From contig JALMLS010000612.1 in assembly GCA_038496445.1 (NCBI GenBank), forward strand, positions 620,001-684,000: DNA of 64,000 nucleotides, written 5' to 3'. The notes beneath the pieces were generated by a model. The model was not told the origin of the DNA. It did not search any database and saw nothing but the letters and a program-made list of their open reading frames with translations. The DNA comes from Trichosphaerium sp. ATCC 40318 (taxonomy: Eukaryota; Protista; Tubulinea). Position numbers and translations under genes: made by a program. Below are positions 50,569 through 63,504 of the stretch, one piece after another (positions within the stretch are counted from its first letter, which is position 1; every line of letters starts with the position of its first letter).

Positions 50569-51766
50569 TTACTGTATGCGGGTATTCATCCACTCCCATG
50601 AGTCTTTTATTACAATTGGTTTGTTCTATAAAGGTGGATTAGAGGGAGACAACAAGGTACAATCGCTACCTCCACTAAGTGAGTTGGCAGATTTTCATAG
50701 AATCTCTTTTCCTTTATAGTCGACTTCGAATCTTTGAAAAGCTCCTCAGACCCTGAGCATTTAACTACTGGATCCTCTTTCGCATGGCAAACCAAAAAAG
50801 GGAACTTGACATCAGCCAGTATGGTCTTCAGAGTAAGCTTCACATTATAGAAAAAAAAAAATAATACCTTAGCATGATTCATCATTCCCATCATGTTTCT
50901 TCCAAGAGACAAGTGCATGTTACCCGTATAACAATATTCATCTTTCAAGTATTCTTGATACTCTTCGTCAGGCTGCAAGGGATCTTTCTCAGGTCCAGGA
51001 CCAAGACGCAATGCACCTCCACCAAGCCAAGCAACCGTACTAAACTTCAGTTAGAATACACAACTGGCAGCTAAACGTACAGGAGAGCTTGTTTTTCAAT
51101 CCAAGAAGGTTCGATAGAGGTGTACAAAGCTGGAGCAAGTAGAATAGCTCCACGAAACCTGACAGAGAAATCTGTTAAATCACCGTTGTCTATCTTGACA
51201 GAAACTCTATGCGACGCCAATAAACTAACACAACCACCCATAGAAACACCACCAATGAAGAACGGTAATTCATGTTTGAATTCATCGTTTTTGCCTCAAG
51301 TTTTAACTCAGTCACGTGTTCAACAACAATGCGAAACAAGTGGGTACCACTAGCGTATTCTATCATAAATTCTACGGCATCATCAACAAGGAAATTCCAG
51401 TCAAGCATGTTACCTCTCTTCTCTGGTGTAGCGCTTGTGTAGAGTAAGTATTAGGGGAACGTGATGCAACTGGGAGACTTCGTTAAAATGCCAGTTTGAA
51501 CGTTACCTTCTACCATGTGCATGTTGGTCATAAGCTAGCACAGTGTAACCTTGTTCAGCAATGGCTTCTATCAACGCCATTGTTGGTTTTTCGCCTAAAG
51601 AACCTGTAAATGGCTTCACATTATCAAAACACGTACTGGAATGCGAGTGCATCCCATGTAGAAACACCAAAAGGCCTTTAGGGTCTTTTGGTGTGTGAGC
51701 GCGTAAAAATAACTTCTCGCCACGCGCTGAAGTCCAGCTAGACGTTTTTACGGAAACATCTTGCAT
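50569..51766 (-). CDS. Monoacylglycerol lipase / lysophospholipase (Hydrolase_4)
   Basis: PKGLLVFLHGMHSH, YDQHAHGR, FFIGGVSMGG (GxSxG), PFLVCHAKEDPV. Confidence 0.88.
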
Positions 51767-52047
51767 TGCAGTTTTGATAACGTTTTTTCAAATGATTTGA
51801 TGAAAGTTGAGAGTAAATTAAATGTCGCACCAATAAGTCACGTGAAACTCAAGTTTTTTTTTGTACTCCATGTGAATAGCTGTTGGTTGCAAACAAGAAG
51901 AGTCATGTTATTGCAATCGTTTCTCACTTTCATGGTATTAACGACTACTGAGTTAGTTTTTGAAAGTCCACATTTGTGAATATGTTTTTGTAGAAAAGTT
52001 TATTAATAATTCTGTTGCAACTCTTTGAATATTCCTTTGAATAGCTT

Positions 52048-53412
52048 CTAGCTCGCTTCTCTAAATCCGGAGTGTATAGGGTTAAGTCCACCCAGCTACG
52101 GAAGAATAAACTCAAAGGATTTCTAGAAATGCAACGTACAGCGAGTTTACTCCATTCGTTGCCGTCCTTAACAACAGAGCTAGGATTGGAAGAAGAACGT
52201 GCAATGTGACCCTGTTCATCGCGAAGAGTTGGCTCTCTCGCATCTTGGAAACGGAAATCTACAACAGGAGAAACTAAGAAAGTAACTGGTGTTTTGGATT
52301 TTGTTTTATGTACCAAAGCTCCAGCGGACATAATCTGCGTCGTTTTCTGTACCTCTGTGAAATAATAATTGGTGAAAAAATACTACTTCACCTGGCTCCA
52401 TTTCAACGTCGATAGCATCTAGTTAGAATATGTAAACAGGCGGCAACTTCGAAACTTTCTTAAAATAGAATTTTTCCAAAAAATCACGTGCCTTTCTCGT
52501 ACTGCTTGACATCCTTTATTTCCAAGTAGTTGTACTTATCGAGATGCTCTTGGAGACCAAGTAAATGACTTTTAGGTACAAACTGCATGCAACCGCTAGT
52601 AACGAAGTGAGTCTTTGTAAATAGCAAAAAACGTTACGCACCTTAGTTTGTTTGCGGTTACCATAGGCGTCCAGCAATTTACGAGACTTTTAGTGTGTTC
52701 CTCTATTTCTTCTTTAGTACGTTCTTTGTTTGCATGCCACTTGACAGATTTAGTATATCCAGCATCTCAAGATCACCGGTAAGCAAAAGAAAAAGAAATT
52801 CAAGAAAAAAAAAGATTGTAGCAAACCTTGATGCCACAGGACCTCATGTTGCTTGAAGCGAGGTAATTTAGGTCTACAGGTATAGTTTGGGTATAATCTA
52901 ATCTAGTGAGAGGTATTAGGCCGACTTTTATAACTCGAAAACTAAAACAAGTACTTCTTTCGTTTCGAGCATGTGCTCAATTACGTTGAGGATATTTGGG
53001 CAAAAGAACATATTATACATGCCAGCAATATGTAGCTCTTTACGAAACAGCTTTGGAGCTTCTGTTTCTTTACCTTTGTACAACTTTGCTAAACGTTTAT
53101 CAAAAGGCTCTTCTTTGTAATTAGCAGTAAGTTTCCCGGCATCCTGTAGCTTCTTGGCCTCATTCTATCAACCAACTTTTTAGAAACTAGAATTTACAAA
53201 ACGTCTTAAAACGTGCCTCAACAAGAATGTTTAGCTCTACTTCTGCTTCTTTACGCGTTGCGACTGGTATTAGATTCTTAACAATCACGAAACCGTTGGC
53301 GTAAAAGTACTTCTTTATCGCTGCGAGATCCCTTGTAATGTTAAAAATAATCAAGTTTAGGACAGTACTCTACAGTCTGTGGGCATTCAAACTTTTGTAG
53401 AGTGCTTGCCAT
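52048..53412 (-). CDS. Second PhyH-family dioxygenase
   Basis: KYFYANGFVIVKNLI, YPNYTCRPKLP..EVLWHQ|DAGY, WTPMV, GCMQFVPKSH, VEMEPG, FHRG, DFRFQDAREPTLR. 3' end approximate. Confidence 0.8.
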
Positions 53413-53676
53413 GATCTTCAATAGAAATCAAGACCGAACAATGTTAAGTCGTATGTATAATTTAACAAGTGCTTAATGAACTCGGGACTTCATGCAAATC
53501 TCTGTTCCAGGCTTGAAGTTGTTTGTTAATCGGACTGTGTAGTTCAGGTTAGTCATAATTCGGAGGCACAAGTAGTACATCTATCGCGCTTCTAGGTAGT
53601 GTATACTTGATGTTTATGTGTAACTGAGGTGATTGAATTAGTTTTTTATTTACATTTTTTTAGGTTGCTTGCATCT

Positions 53677-55500
53677 TTATGCGATATCCTCTTCTGGAAT
53701 TGCAGTTTTGAAAATGTTTGGAGTCCGTGTCCAGGCCATACGAGCTACAGATGATACTTCAGATGTAGGTTTTACATCCAAAGATGCTTGTGGTTCTCCA
53801 TCGTCTTCATCATCATCTTTTTTCTTTTCCTTCCTACACGTGATTGTTAGTATCAGTGGCATTTTGCATAAAACAAATGCATACCAAAAGAATGCGACAA
53901 ACACCACGCAACAGCAACAACATAGTATAAGCAAAAGCAGTACAATCAATACTGTAACCCACCATGGCAATCCGCCAGAGCCGTCACCAGCTACAACCTT
54001 TGCAATGTTTGAGTATAACGTACAATAAAAAAAGCGTTTTAACTTACAATGGCGTCAGTTTCGAACGGGGCTGTTGGTTCTTCAGTAAGTGGAGTAGTTG
54101 TATTTGAAGGCAAGGTTGTTGGCTCTTCGGCTAGTGCAACTGTTGGAGATGACATAGGTGATTCAGTATTTGGAGGCATTGAAGGTGATTCAGTTGGTGC
54201 GCTAGTAGGCGAAGACGTTACTGTCTGAGTTGGAGCTCTTGTTGGCTCTATAGTTTGTAAAGGCATGTTTGTAGTTGGAGGTTCGCTTGTTGGAGCCCTA
54301 GTCGTTGGAGGTTCAGGTGGCGGAAGTGAGGACGTTGGTAGCATTGAAGGTGCACTAGTTGGTATTATAGTTGGAGATTCTGTGGTAGGTGTCCATGTGA
54401 GGGGATCCTCAGTTGGAGAAATCATAGCTGGTTGAGAGGGTGTCGGCTCCACTGCAGTTGAAGGTGATGTTGTTGTTGGTTCAACAGTTGTTGGAGCATT
54501 TGTAGATGGCGATATGGTAGGCGCAGCTGTTGGTGTGATAGTGTTTGATGAAGGCGATACTGTAGTAGGATCAAATGGAGGAGGTACATAACACTCTACA
54601 GTGCATATTTCTAACCCAAGAAGCTTTCAAATTGTCAGAAATTTAGATATATCTTGAGCTATTGCATACTGTATCTATAGGCCCTGAATAGTCGTTTCGT
54701 GAGTGGTCATCATAAAGTGAATAGCCGTATATATTTTCGGCACCATCAGCTTTTACTATAAGTCTTAGAGGTTGTTTTAATGCTCTTGGAAAGAAAGAAA
54801 AAATGAGGAATGTACTGCGTACTGACTGTTACACAATACGGTTCATTAGTAGCGAAAGGACCAAGAACCATACCGTCCATTAACCTCTATTTCAGAACGT
54901 TAGTATGTTTGTGCTATACTTTGGTATCCCACGTACTCCGTTCCATCTATATCTACCCGTGATAATGCCTGTGTCATAGCTATATTTAGTTTCACCTGGA
55001 TCATCGTCTACTTTGAGAGATACTTGGTTTATTATCCTTGCTGGTGATACTTGATAATCAACGTTAAGTGCTCCGCCGGTGCCACTATTAGGTGCATCCA
55101 CCATATGACACAAATGTATACCGTCCTACTTTGCTACTTAGAACAATCAAGTTTTTTTTACTTCCACAAAAAAACAGTCTTACAGAGGCGTCAATAAAAA
55201 ACATTGTGACTCTATCCTTATTTATCTCTCTTTCTTCAAAAGCTTCTTTTGTATTAGCCCTAGCATTTCCGTAGTTATACCTGTTTGTTACAGTATAAGT
55301 ATTCCAGCAATACTGAATAAATAAAGTTTAAAAAAATGACTTTACCACTCCGCAGCTGTTAAATTAGTATAAATAGCCGCCACTTGTAATGCTTCGTCTC
55401 CGGCTATTGTAAAGCATAGATCAGATATTTGTCCATTAGACGGCAATGTAAGTGTAAATAGAATAACCAACAATGTAATCCAAAGATGTGTTGATGTCAT
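53677..55500 (-). CDS. Mucin-stalk type I surface protein, copy 1 (acidic P/T/S stalk)
   Basis: Signal peptide MTSTHLWITLLVIL; globular domain with DDPGE..GRYRWNG..DGMVLGPF; P/T/S/E stalk; TM followed by CCCC; short tail. Confidence 0.85.
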
Positions 55501-56123
55501 TACTTTCGGAGGAGGTCCTTACCCTTTTTTACTACGAAATATAGCTGTTCTATATCGCATACATTGCGACCCGGAATATTTGTTTCACAAAACTACTTTA
55601 GCATTCTTACGTTAGGACCGGTTTTGTGCACGACGTCTATTACGCACCGCAAAAAACTATTTATTTTTAAACGAACCGTTCCATCACGTGATGAAGAAAT
55701 ATAACAGCAATATTTCGGTTTAATGAGCTCCGAGTTTACGGAGAAAAAACGCCTTCAGCAATTTTTCCGATTCCTCACGTGATAATACGTATTACATAAC
55801 GATTCCTAACCCACTAAATGGCGTAAGCTGTTGGTACCCAAAAAAACGGCAGATAAATCCAATGAAAACCAAATTCATCAATCCTCATCAAACCATGAAT
55901 CAGCGGTTATTTTAAGCACTCCGCAATGGTCACTTTTTGTATCTATTTCTCCACTGAACTTTAGGAATTAAGGTTCCACTTGGTGAGCATTGTATTTGAT
56001 ATAAGTTATCAGACTCTCGAATCACGTTATCAAAGTAAAGTACAATCAACAGAGACCTTAGCATTTTTTTTTATTTACAATTTTTTGTTTTTGCTAAGGT
56101 AGATATTTTTGGCTGCCACGTGT

Positions 56124-58405
56124 TTATGCAATATCCTCAGGATTTTCTGTTTTGAAGATATTTGGAGTGCGTGTCCAAGCCATATGAGCTACAGAAGTGA
56201 CTTCAGATGTAGGTTTTATATCCAAAGATGGTTGTGGTTCTTCATCGTCTTCATCATCCTTTTTCCTTCTCTTCCTACACGTGCGAGTTAAGACTTGACT
56301 CTCGACATAAAAGCAAGTGCTTTAAAAAGCGTACCAGAAGAAAATGAACAGTAGTAGACAACAGCAACAGCATAGAAGAAGTACAATGATAGCTATCAAT
56401 ACTATAACCCACCATGGTAATGTACCAGAGTTGTCACCAATAACAACCTTTTAAAGAGATAAGCATTTAGGTTTGTATCAAAAAGTACAACGTGTTAACG
56501 TACAATAGCGCCAGCTTCGAAGGGAGGTGTTGGTTCTTCAGTAGGTGAAATTGTAGGTGCTGTGGTTGGTGATAAGGTTGTTGGAGAACGAGTTGTAGGT
56601 GCTTTAGTGGTCGGTGCTTTGGTTGTTGGTGCCTTTGTAGTTGGAGACTTAGTTGTTGGTGGCTTAGTCGTTGGTGATTTGGTTGTCGGTACCTTTGTTG
56701 TTGGTGATATAGTTGTTGGTGCCTTTGTAGTAGGAGATTTAGTTGTTGGTGATTTAGTTGTTGGTGGTTTTGTTGTTGGCGATTTAGTTGTTGGCGGCCT
56801 AGTTGTTGGTGATTTGGTTGTCGGTACCTTAGTTGTTGGAATAGTCACTGGAGCATTTGTTGTTGGTGGTCTAGTTGTTGGTGATTTAGTCGTTGGTGCC
56901 TTAGTAGTCGGAGATTTAGTTGTTGGCGGTCTAGTCGTTGGCGGTTTAGTTGTGGGTGCCTTTGTAGTTGGTGGTTTGGTTGTAGGTGGCTTGGTTGTTG
57001 GTGGTCTGGTTGTTGGTGATTTAGTTGTTGGTGCCTTAGTAGTTGGAGCGTTAGTTGTTGGCGGTCTAGTCGTTGGCGGTTTAGTTGTGGGTGCCTTTGT
57101 AGTTGGTGGTTTGGTTGTAGGTGGCTTGGTTGTTGGTGGTCTGGTTGTTGGTGCTTTGGTTGTTGGAGGTAAAGTTGTAGGTGGTTTAGTTGTTGGTGGT
57201 TTGGTTGTAGGTGGTTTAGTTGTTGGTGGTAAAGTTGTAGGCGGTTTAGTTGTTGGTGGTAAAGTTGGTGGGGCTGTTGTAGGTGGAGCTGTTGGTGCTA
57301 TTGTAGGAGCGGAAGGTGATACTGTAGGCGGTTCTGGTGGACCGGCAGTTGGAACGCCAGTGGGAGTAGCGGCTTTTGTAGGAGGAGGTACAACACATTT
57401 TACAGTGCATATTTCTAAGCCAAGAAGCTGATCTACTGACCCTGAATAATCCCTGTTCTCGAAAGCATCATAAAGAGCGTAACCATAAATATTTACATCA
57501 TTAGCAGCGTTTACTATAAATCAAGTTAGACAAATTGTTTCGGCAACAAAAAAAAGGTTGATGATTTTTGACGGGTAATCTAGATCTGTAGAGCTGTTTT
57601 TGTTTGATGAGGACAATTTTGTTTCTTTGTTACTTACTAACTGTAACGCAATATGGCTCGTCAGTAGAGAAAGGTCCAATTACCATACCGTCCATTAGCC
57701 TCTACGACATTACTTAGTATGTGGTTTTTTTTCAAAATTGTTTTTTTTTTTTAATTGAATGGCCACGTACACCGTTCCACCTGTATCTGCCAGTGATAAT
57801 ACCTGTATCACTATCGTATGCAGTTTCACCTGGATCATCCTCTACTTTGAGAGATACTTGTTTTATTATCCTTGCTGGTGATACTTGAAAATCAAGGTCA
57901 AGCTTTCCATCTGTCCCACTACCTGGTGAATCCATCATATGACCCAAATGAATTCCGTCCTATTTCATAAAAATCAGAATAACGATGGACATACTTTTGG
58001 TGTTCAAAAGATAGTACAAGAAGTATTTTGTGAACAATTCAAAATGGATGATTTTTGTCTTGTTTTTTTTTTGTTCTCGTAATAACGTACGGAGGCATCA
58101 AGAAAGTACATTGTTACTCTATCCCTATTTATCCATCTTTCTTCAAAAGCATTAGGCGTGTTAGCCCTGGCATTTGCGTAGTTATACCTAGTTGAATGAG
58201 TTTCAAGTCAGACTATTCCGAAAGCTACAAAAGAAAAAAAAGATAAGTACCACTCCGCAGCTGTTAGAGGGGTTTTAATCGCTGCCACTTGTAATGAAAC
58301 ATCTCCGTTTAAGGTAAAACATAGATCAGTTACTTGTCCATGAGACGGCAATGTAAATGTACTTAGAATAACCAATAAGGTAATCCAAAGATGTGTTGAT
58401 GTCAT
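56124..58405 (-). CDS. Mucin-stalk type I surface protein, copy 2 (long basic PTTK stalk)
   Basis: Same signal peptide, domain and tail as copy 1. Stalk of PTT[KR][APS] pentapeptides. Confidence 0.85.
56560..57290 (-). repeat. 15-nt coding minisatellite (PTTKA/PTTKS/PTTKP/PTTRP)
   Basis: Tandem variants of ttagttgttggtggt on the + strand. Confidence 0.9.
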
Positions 58406-59056
58406 GACTTTTAGCAGGAGATGCTTATTAGTCGTTTGAGTTGTATTTCTGATTTGTTTTTAAACTTCGCAGGACATTCAAAAACTAGTGTTCATTGCGC
58501 CACCCGGAACATTTGTTTCACAAAACTACTTTAGCATTCTTACGTTAGGACCGGTTTTGTGCACGACGGCTAATACGCAAAAAACTATTTATTTTTAAAC
58601 GAACCGTTCCGACGTGATGAAGAAATAACAGCAATATTTCGGTTTAATGAGCTCCGAGTTTACGGAGAAAAGACGCCTTCAGCAATTTTTCCGATTCCTC
58701 ACGTGATAGTACGTATTACATAACGATTCCTAACCCACTAAATGGCGTAAGCTGTTGGTACCCAAAAAAACGGCAGATAAATCCAATGAAAACCAAATTC
58801 ATCAATCCTCATCAAACATGAATCAGCGGTTATTTTAAGTACTCCGCAATGGTCACTTTTTGTATCTATTTCTCCACTGAACTTTAGGAAGCAAGGTTCC
58901 ATTTGTTGAGCATTGATTTGATATAAGTTGTCAGACTTTCAAATCACGTTATCAAAGTAAAGTACAATCAACACTTTTGAGATAGAGACCTTAGCATTTT
59001 TTTTTATTTACAATTTTTTGTTTTTGCTAAGGTAGATATTTTTGGCTGCCACGTGT

Positions 59057-61008
59057 TTATGCAATATCCTCAGGATTTTCTGTTTTGAAGATATTTGGAG
59101 TGCGTGTCCAAGCCATATGAGCTACAGAAATGACTTCAGATGTAGGTTTTATATCCAAAGATGGTTGTGGTTCTTCATCATCTTCATCCTTTTTCCTTCT
59201 CTTCCTACACGTGCGAGTTAAGACTTGACTCTCGACATAAAAGCAAGTGCTTCAAAAAGCGTACCAGAAGAAAATGAACAGTAGTAGACAACAGCAACAG
59301 CATAGAAGAAGTACAATGATAGCTATCAATACTATAATCCACCATGGTAATGTACCAGAGTTGTCACCAATAACAACCTTTCAAAGAGATAAGCATTTAG
59401 GTTTGTATCAAAGTACAACATGTTAACGTACAATAGCGCCAGCTTCGAAAGGAGGTGTTGGTTCTTCAGTAGGTGAAATTGTAAGTGCTGTGGTTGGTGA
59501 TAAGGTTGTTGGAGAACGAGTTGTAGGTGCTTTAGTGGTCGGTGCTTTGGTTGTTGGTGCCTTTGTAGTAGGAGATTTAGTTGTTGGTGATTTAGTTGTT
59601 GGTGGTTTTGTTGTTGGCGATTTAGTTGTTGGCGGCTTAGTTGTTGGCGCTTTGGTTGTCGGTACCTTAGTTGTTGGAATAGTCACTGGAGCATTTGTTG
59701 TTGGTGGTCTAGTTGTTGGTGATTTAGTTGTGGGTGCCTTAGTAGTTGGAGCGTTAGTTGTTGGTGGTCTAGTCGTTGGCGGTTTAGTTGTTGGTGCTTT
59801 GGTTGTTGGTGGTAAAGTTGTAGGCGGTTTAGTTGTTGGTGGTAAAGTTGGTGGGGCTGTTGTAGGTGGAGCTGTTGGTGCTATTGTAGGAGCGGAAGGT
59901 GATACTGTAGGCGGTTCTGGTGGACCGGCAGTTGGAACGCCAGTGGGAGTAACGGCTTCTGTAGGAGGAGGCACAACACAGTCTACAGTGCATATTTCTA
60001 AGCCAAGAAGCTGATCTACTGACCCTGAATAATCCCTGTTCTCGAAAGCATCATAAAGAGCGTAACCAAAAATAGCTACATCATTAGCAGCGTTTACTAT
60101 AAATCAAGTTAGACAAATTGTTTTCGGGCAACAAAAAAAGGTTGATGATTTTTGACGGGTAATCTAGATCTGTAGAGCTGTTTTTGTTTGATGAAGACAA
60201 TTTTTGATGAGGACAATTTTGTTTCTTTGTTACTTACTAACTGTAACACAATATGGCTCGTCAGTAGAGAAAGGTCCAATTACCATACCGTCCATTAGCC
60301 TCTACGACAATCACTTAGCATGTGGGTTGTTTTTTTCAAAATTGTTTTTTTTTTAATTGAATGGCCACGTACACCGATCCACCTGTATCTGCCAGTGATA
60401 ATACCTGTATCACTATCGTATGCAGTTTCACCTGGATCATCCTCTACTTTGAGAGATACTTGTTTTATTATCCTTGCTGGTGATACTTGAAAATCAAGGT
60501 CAAGCGTTCCATCTGTCCCACTACCTGGTGCATCTACCATGTGGCCCAAATGAATTCCGTCCTATTTCATAAAAATCAGAATAACGATGGACATATTTTT
60601 AGTGTTCAAAAGAAGACAGTACAAGAAGTATTTTTCGAACAATTCAAAATGGATGATTTTTGTCTTGTTTTTTTTTTGTGTTCTCGTAATAACGTACAGA
60701 GGCATCAAGAAAGAATATTGTTACTCTATCCCTATTTATCCATCTTTCTTCAAAGGCATTAGGCGTGTTAGCCCTGGCATCTCCGTAGTTATACCTAGTT
60801 GATAATGTATAAGTATTCAAGTCAGACTATTTTGAAAGCTACAAAATAGGTACCACTCCGCAGCTGTTAGAGGGGTTTTAATCGCTGCCACTTGTAATGA
60901 AACATCTCCGTTTAAGGTAAAGCATAGATCAGTTATTTGTCCATGAGACGGCAGTGTAAATGTACTTAGAATAACCAATAAGGTAATCCAAAGATGTGTT
61001 GATGTCAT
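59057..61008 (-). CDS. Mucin-stalk type I surface protein, copy 3 (shorter PTTK stalk)
   Basis: Near-identical to copy 2 in exons, introns and flanks. Stalk is 345 nt shorter. Confidence 0.85.
59490..59870 (-). repeat. 15-nt coding minisatellite, shorter array
   Basis: Same unit as 56560-57290. Confidence 0.9.
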
Positions 61009-61721
61009 GACTTTAGCAGGAGATGCTTATTAGTCGTTTGAGTTAATTAAAAAAAAGTATTTCTGATTTGTTTTTATACTTCACAGGACATTCAAAAATT
61101 AGCGTTCATTGCGCCACCCGGAACATTTGTTTCACAAAACTAAGAGATAGTATTGGATCTTAAATAAGAAAGCTCCTGTAATTTGGAGGTATACGTTAGA
61201 AGTAGTCGCAGAGAAGTGCACACAAGAACTGCACACTGGATACAAACCTAAAAAAAAAAAATCAAAACAAAAGCTCTATTAAATTAAATCCTTTCACGTG
61301 CGTTAAATAATAATTGGCTGAAGTGTAAAAAACCTCCGCAGTGTAATGCGGAGAAAAAAAAAAGCAAAACCAACGTCTAAAAGTAGTCATATGACCTCAA
61401 CAACAAAAATCCGTCATTGAAGGCAAATACGCCAATTAACGTTATGTACATCCAAAATCCAACACTATGGTTCACTATTAGATGACTCTTCTTGATTCCT
61501 TGTGTAGTGTATCGCTCCGAAAACAAACTAGAGCCAAAAACAATGAACTTGTGAATAGAGTACGGGTAGCCACAAAAATGATACAAGTACGTACTTGTTG
61601 GCTTGTTTGGAGCTCATCAGTTACATCAGCACGTCAAAGTTGTGCAGTTAAAGAAAATAGGAAGTTCTCGTGCAGTTAATAAGATTGTTTACTATAATAC
61701 ATAACACAAGGAAAACCTAGC

Positions 61722-63271
61722 TCACGCAACATCCATTAGGTCTATCTTATGTTCTTTGAAGGTTTCATTTGGTGCTTTAATAAGTGGCCTCCCATAACCT
61801 TCAAATCGCTTCGGAATCGCTATATGTGGTGCATAGTACTTGATTGTAGCTGATAGGCTTTCAATGTCTTGACGCCACCAAAAAGGTACAGGAATTAAGG
61901 TTACACCTAAAAACATAGTGAACCAAATGCGAAACAACGAATGTAACGGACAAAAAGCTTACCGTGCTCCATGCATATTTGAAGTTTTTCGTTGTCACGT
62001 GCTAGAACTGTGAAAACAGGTGGTGTGTGCTTACCACATCGCATGAAATGTTGTTGACCTATTTAAAAAAAGTCAGACAAGCAAAGTTAAACTACAGAAA
62101 AAGCACTTTATTTGTACCCTGGTATTCAAATGCAATATTTAGTTCTGGAACAAAAACATCGACAGTCAGTGGTGTACCAGCCATCCTCGTATTTATTACA
62201 TGCTCTTCCACAACGCGTAGGTCAGGAAATATCTTTTGGACTTTATTGAGCATGGACCTATCACGTGATTAATAAATACAACATCTTTGAAAAAAAAAAC
62301 ATACATTTGCATAGCCTTTCTAGACAATTGGTTGGACTGTTGGTGATTTTCCTCAGGCGAGGAAAACCTAGAATCTACTACATTCAACGCATTAGGAAGG
62401 TACGGAAGTATCCCTGCTCCACCAAGCGCCTTCAGTTGCCAGTGAGCAACACGCGTCCTAAAACTAAGTTAAGTTTACTCAAAGCGTGGTGGCAGTAAGG
62501 TGGCGTACCAGTTATCAAGTCGAGTTATATTTAGCGTTGTAGAAGCATTTTGGAAGAAATCAAATTGATTTTTAGGATCTTGCCAGTATCCTCTAGGTCT
62601 TCTGTTTTTGAACCGATCACCGTATCGCAGTAGGCTCTCATCATCAAGTAAATCAGCCAATGTTTTACCCAAAGATCCTTGGTGCCTTCAAAGCATTAGA
62701 GACTTCAGTACAGAAGGTACAAAGGGGAACAGCAGCAAACTGATAGCTCTAACATACCAGTTGATAAGCGTCCCACCTCCAAGGTCTCGGATCATCTTCC
62801 AAGTAACACTGCGCCATTGTTCGCGCGTTTTTATGCCTAGGTCACACGCCATATCATTCAGTTTTGCGCGACGGTTTGATTCGGACGTTAAGCAGCCTGT
62901 AGTTTGATCTCGTCTAGTTGAGTAAATAATTAACGAACTATAACAGACGTACACTAAATAAGAGGGAACCGGTGCTGAAGCAGGTTCCGCGCGTTCTAGA
63001 GTGTCTAGCGCCTGTGGTTGACGCCTAGCATGCTGTTAGAATATCGTACACTTACTACATCACGTACGAGCTTGTTTGATATGCTGGTGGTTTACGAGCA
63101 ACTGTGTAACGTCTCAACACTATTTTCCACTCATTGTTGCCTCTTGAGTGGTTCCCATACGTAGGTATAACTTGTGCATATTTACAGCGCCTGTGTAACG
63201 ATTTTAAAGGGTTCTAGTGTTTATTAGCCTGTAATTTTCAGAACAATGCCAAAGAGTACCCATATAATCAT
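61722..63271 (-). CDS. Trp-rich repeat protein with C-terminal RAP-like PD-(D/E)XK nuclease-fold domain, probably mitochondrial
   Basis: Repeats LGIKTREQWRSV..GGGTL, PRGYWQDPKNQFDFF..LNITRLDNW. C-terminal TVDVFVPELNIAFEYQG|QQHF...RDNEKLQICMEH|GVTLIPVPFWW. Start approximate. Confidence 0.72.
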
Positions 63272-63504
63272 TTAACATGTCAAACTAACCGGACAAGCGG
63301 TTGTTTTCTAATTTTGTCAATTTGGCATGTCAAAAAACCTGTTAAGTCTGACATGCAAAGATTTTGACGTCTGCAGTGTTTTAATGCAAAAGTTGAAGGT
63401 ATGTACACTTTGTTTATTTTACTTGGATTTGGATTTTGGTTTGCTTGCAATGGCCTCTTATATTTCAATACAAGGTACGCCATAGCACCGCCTTGCCATC
63501 TCGC

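Larger units (their letters stand above)
55570..61142. repeat. Tandem segmental duplication (units about 55570-58502 and 58503-61116)
   Basis: CCCGGAA(T/C)ATTTGTTTCACAAAACTA recurs at about 55570, 58503 and 61117. Intergenic DNA is near-identical between the two units. Confidence 0.9.

Noticed and set aside
56562-60014. + strand (VVG)n ORFs of 289 and 174 aa
   Set aside because: Antisense of the PTTK minisatellite. Signal peptide, TM and splice sites are all on the minus strand.
61334-61353. Hairpin CTCCGCA-6nt-TGCGGAG flanked by A tracts, terminator-like
   Set aside because: Eukaryotic context, and a single 7-bp stem is expected by chance.
61160-61640. Possible small spliced membrane-protein gene on the minus strand (MSSKQAN..., VGFWMYITLIGVFAF)
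   Set aside because: I could not build a consistent reading frame across the putative introns, and saw no homology.
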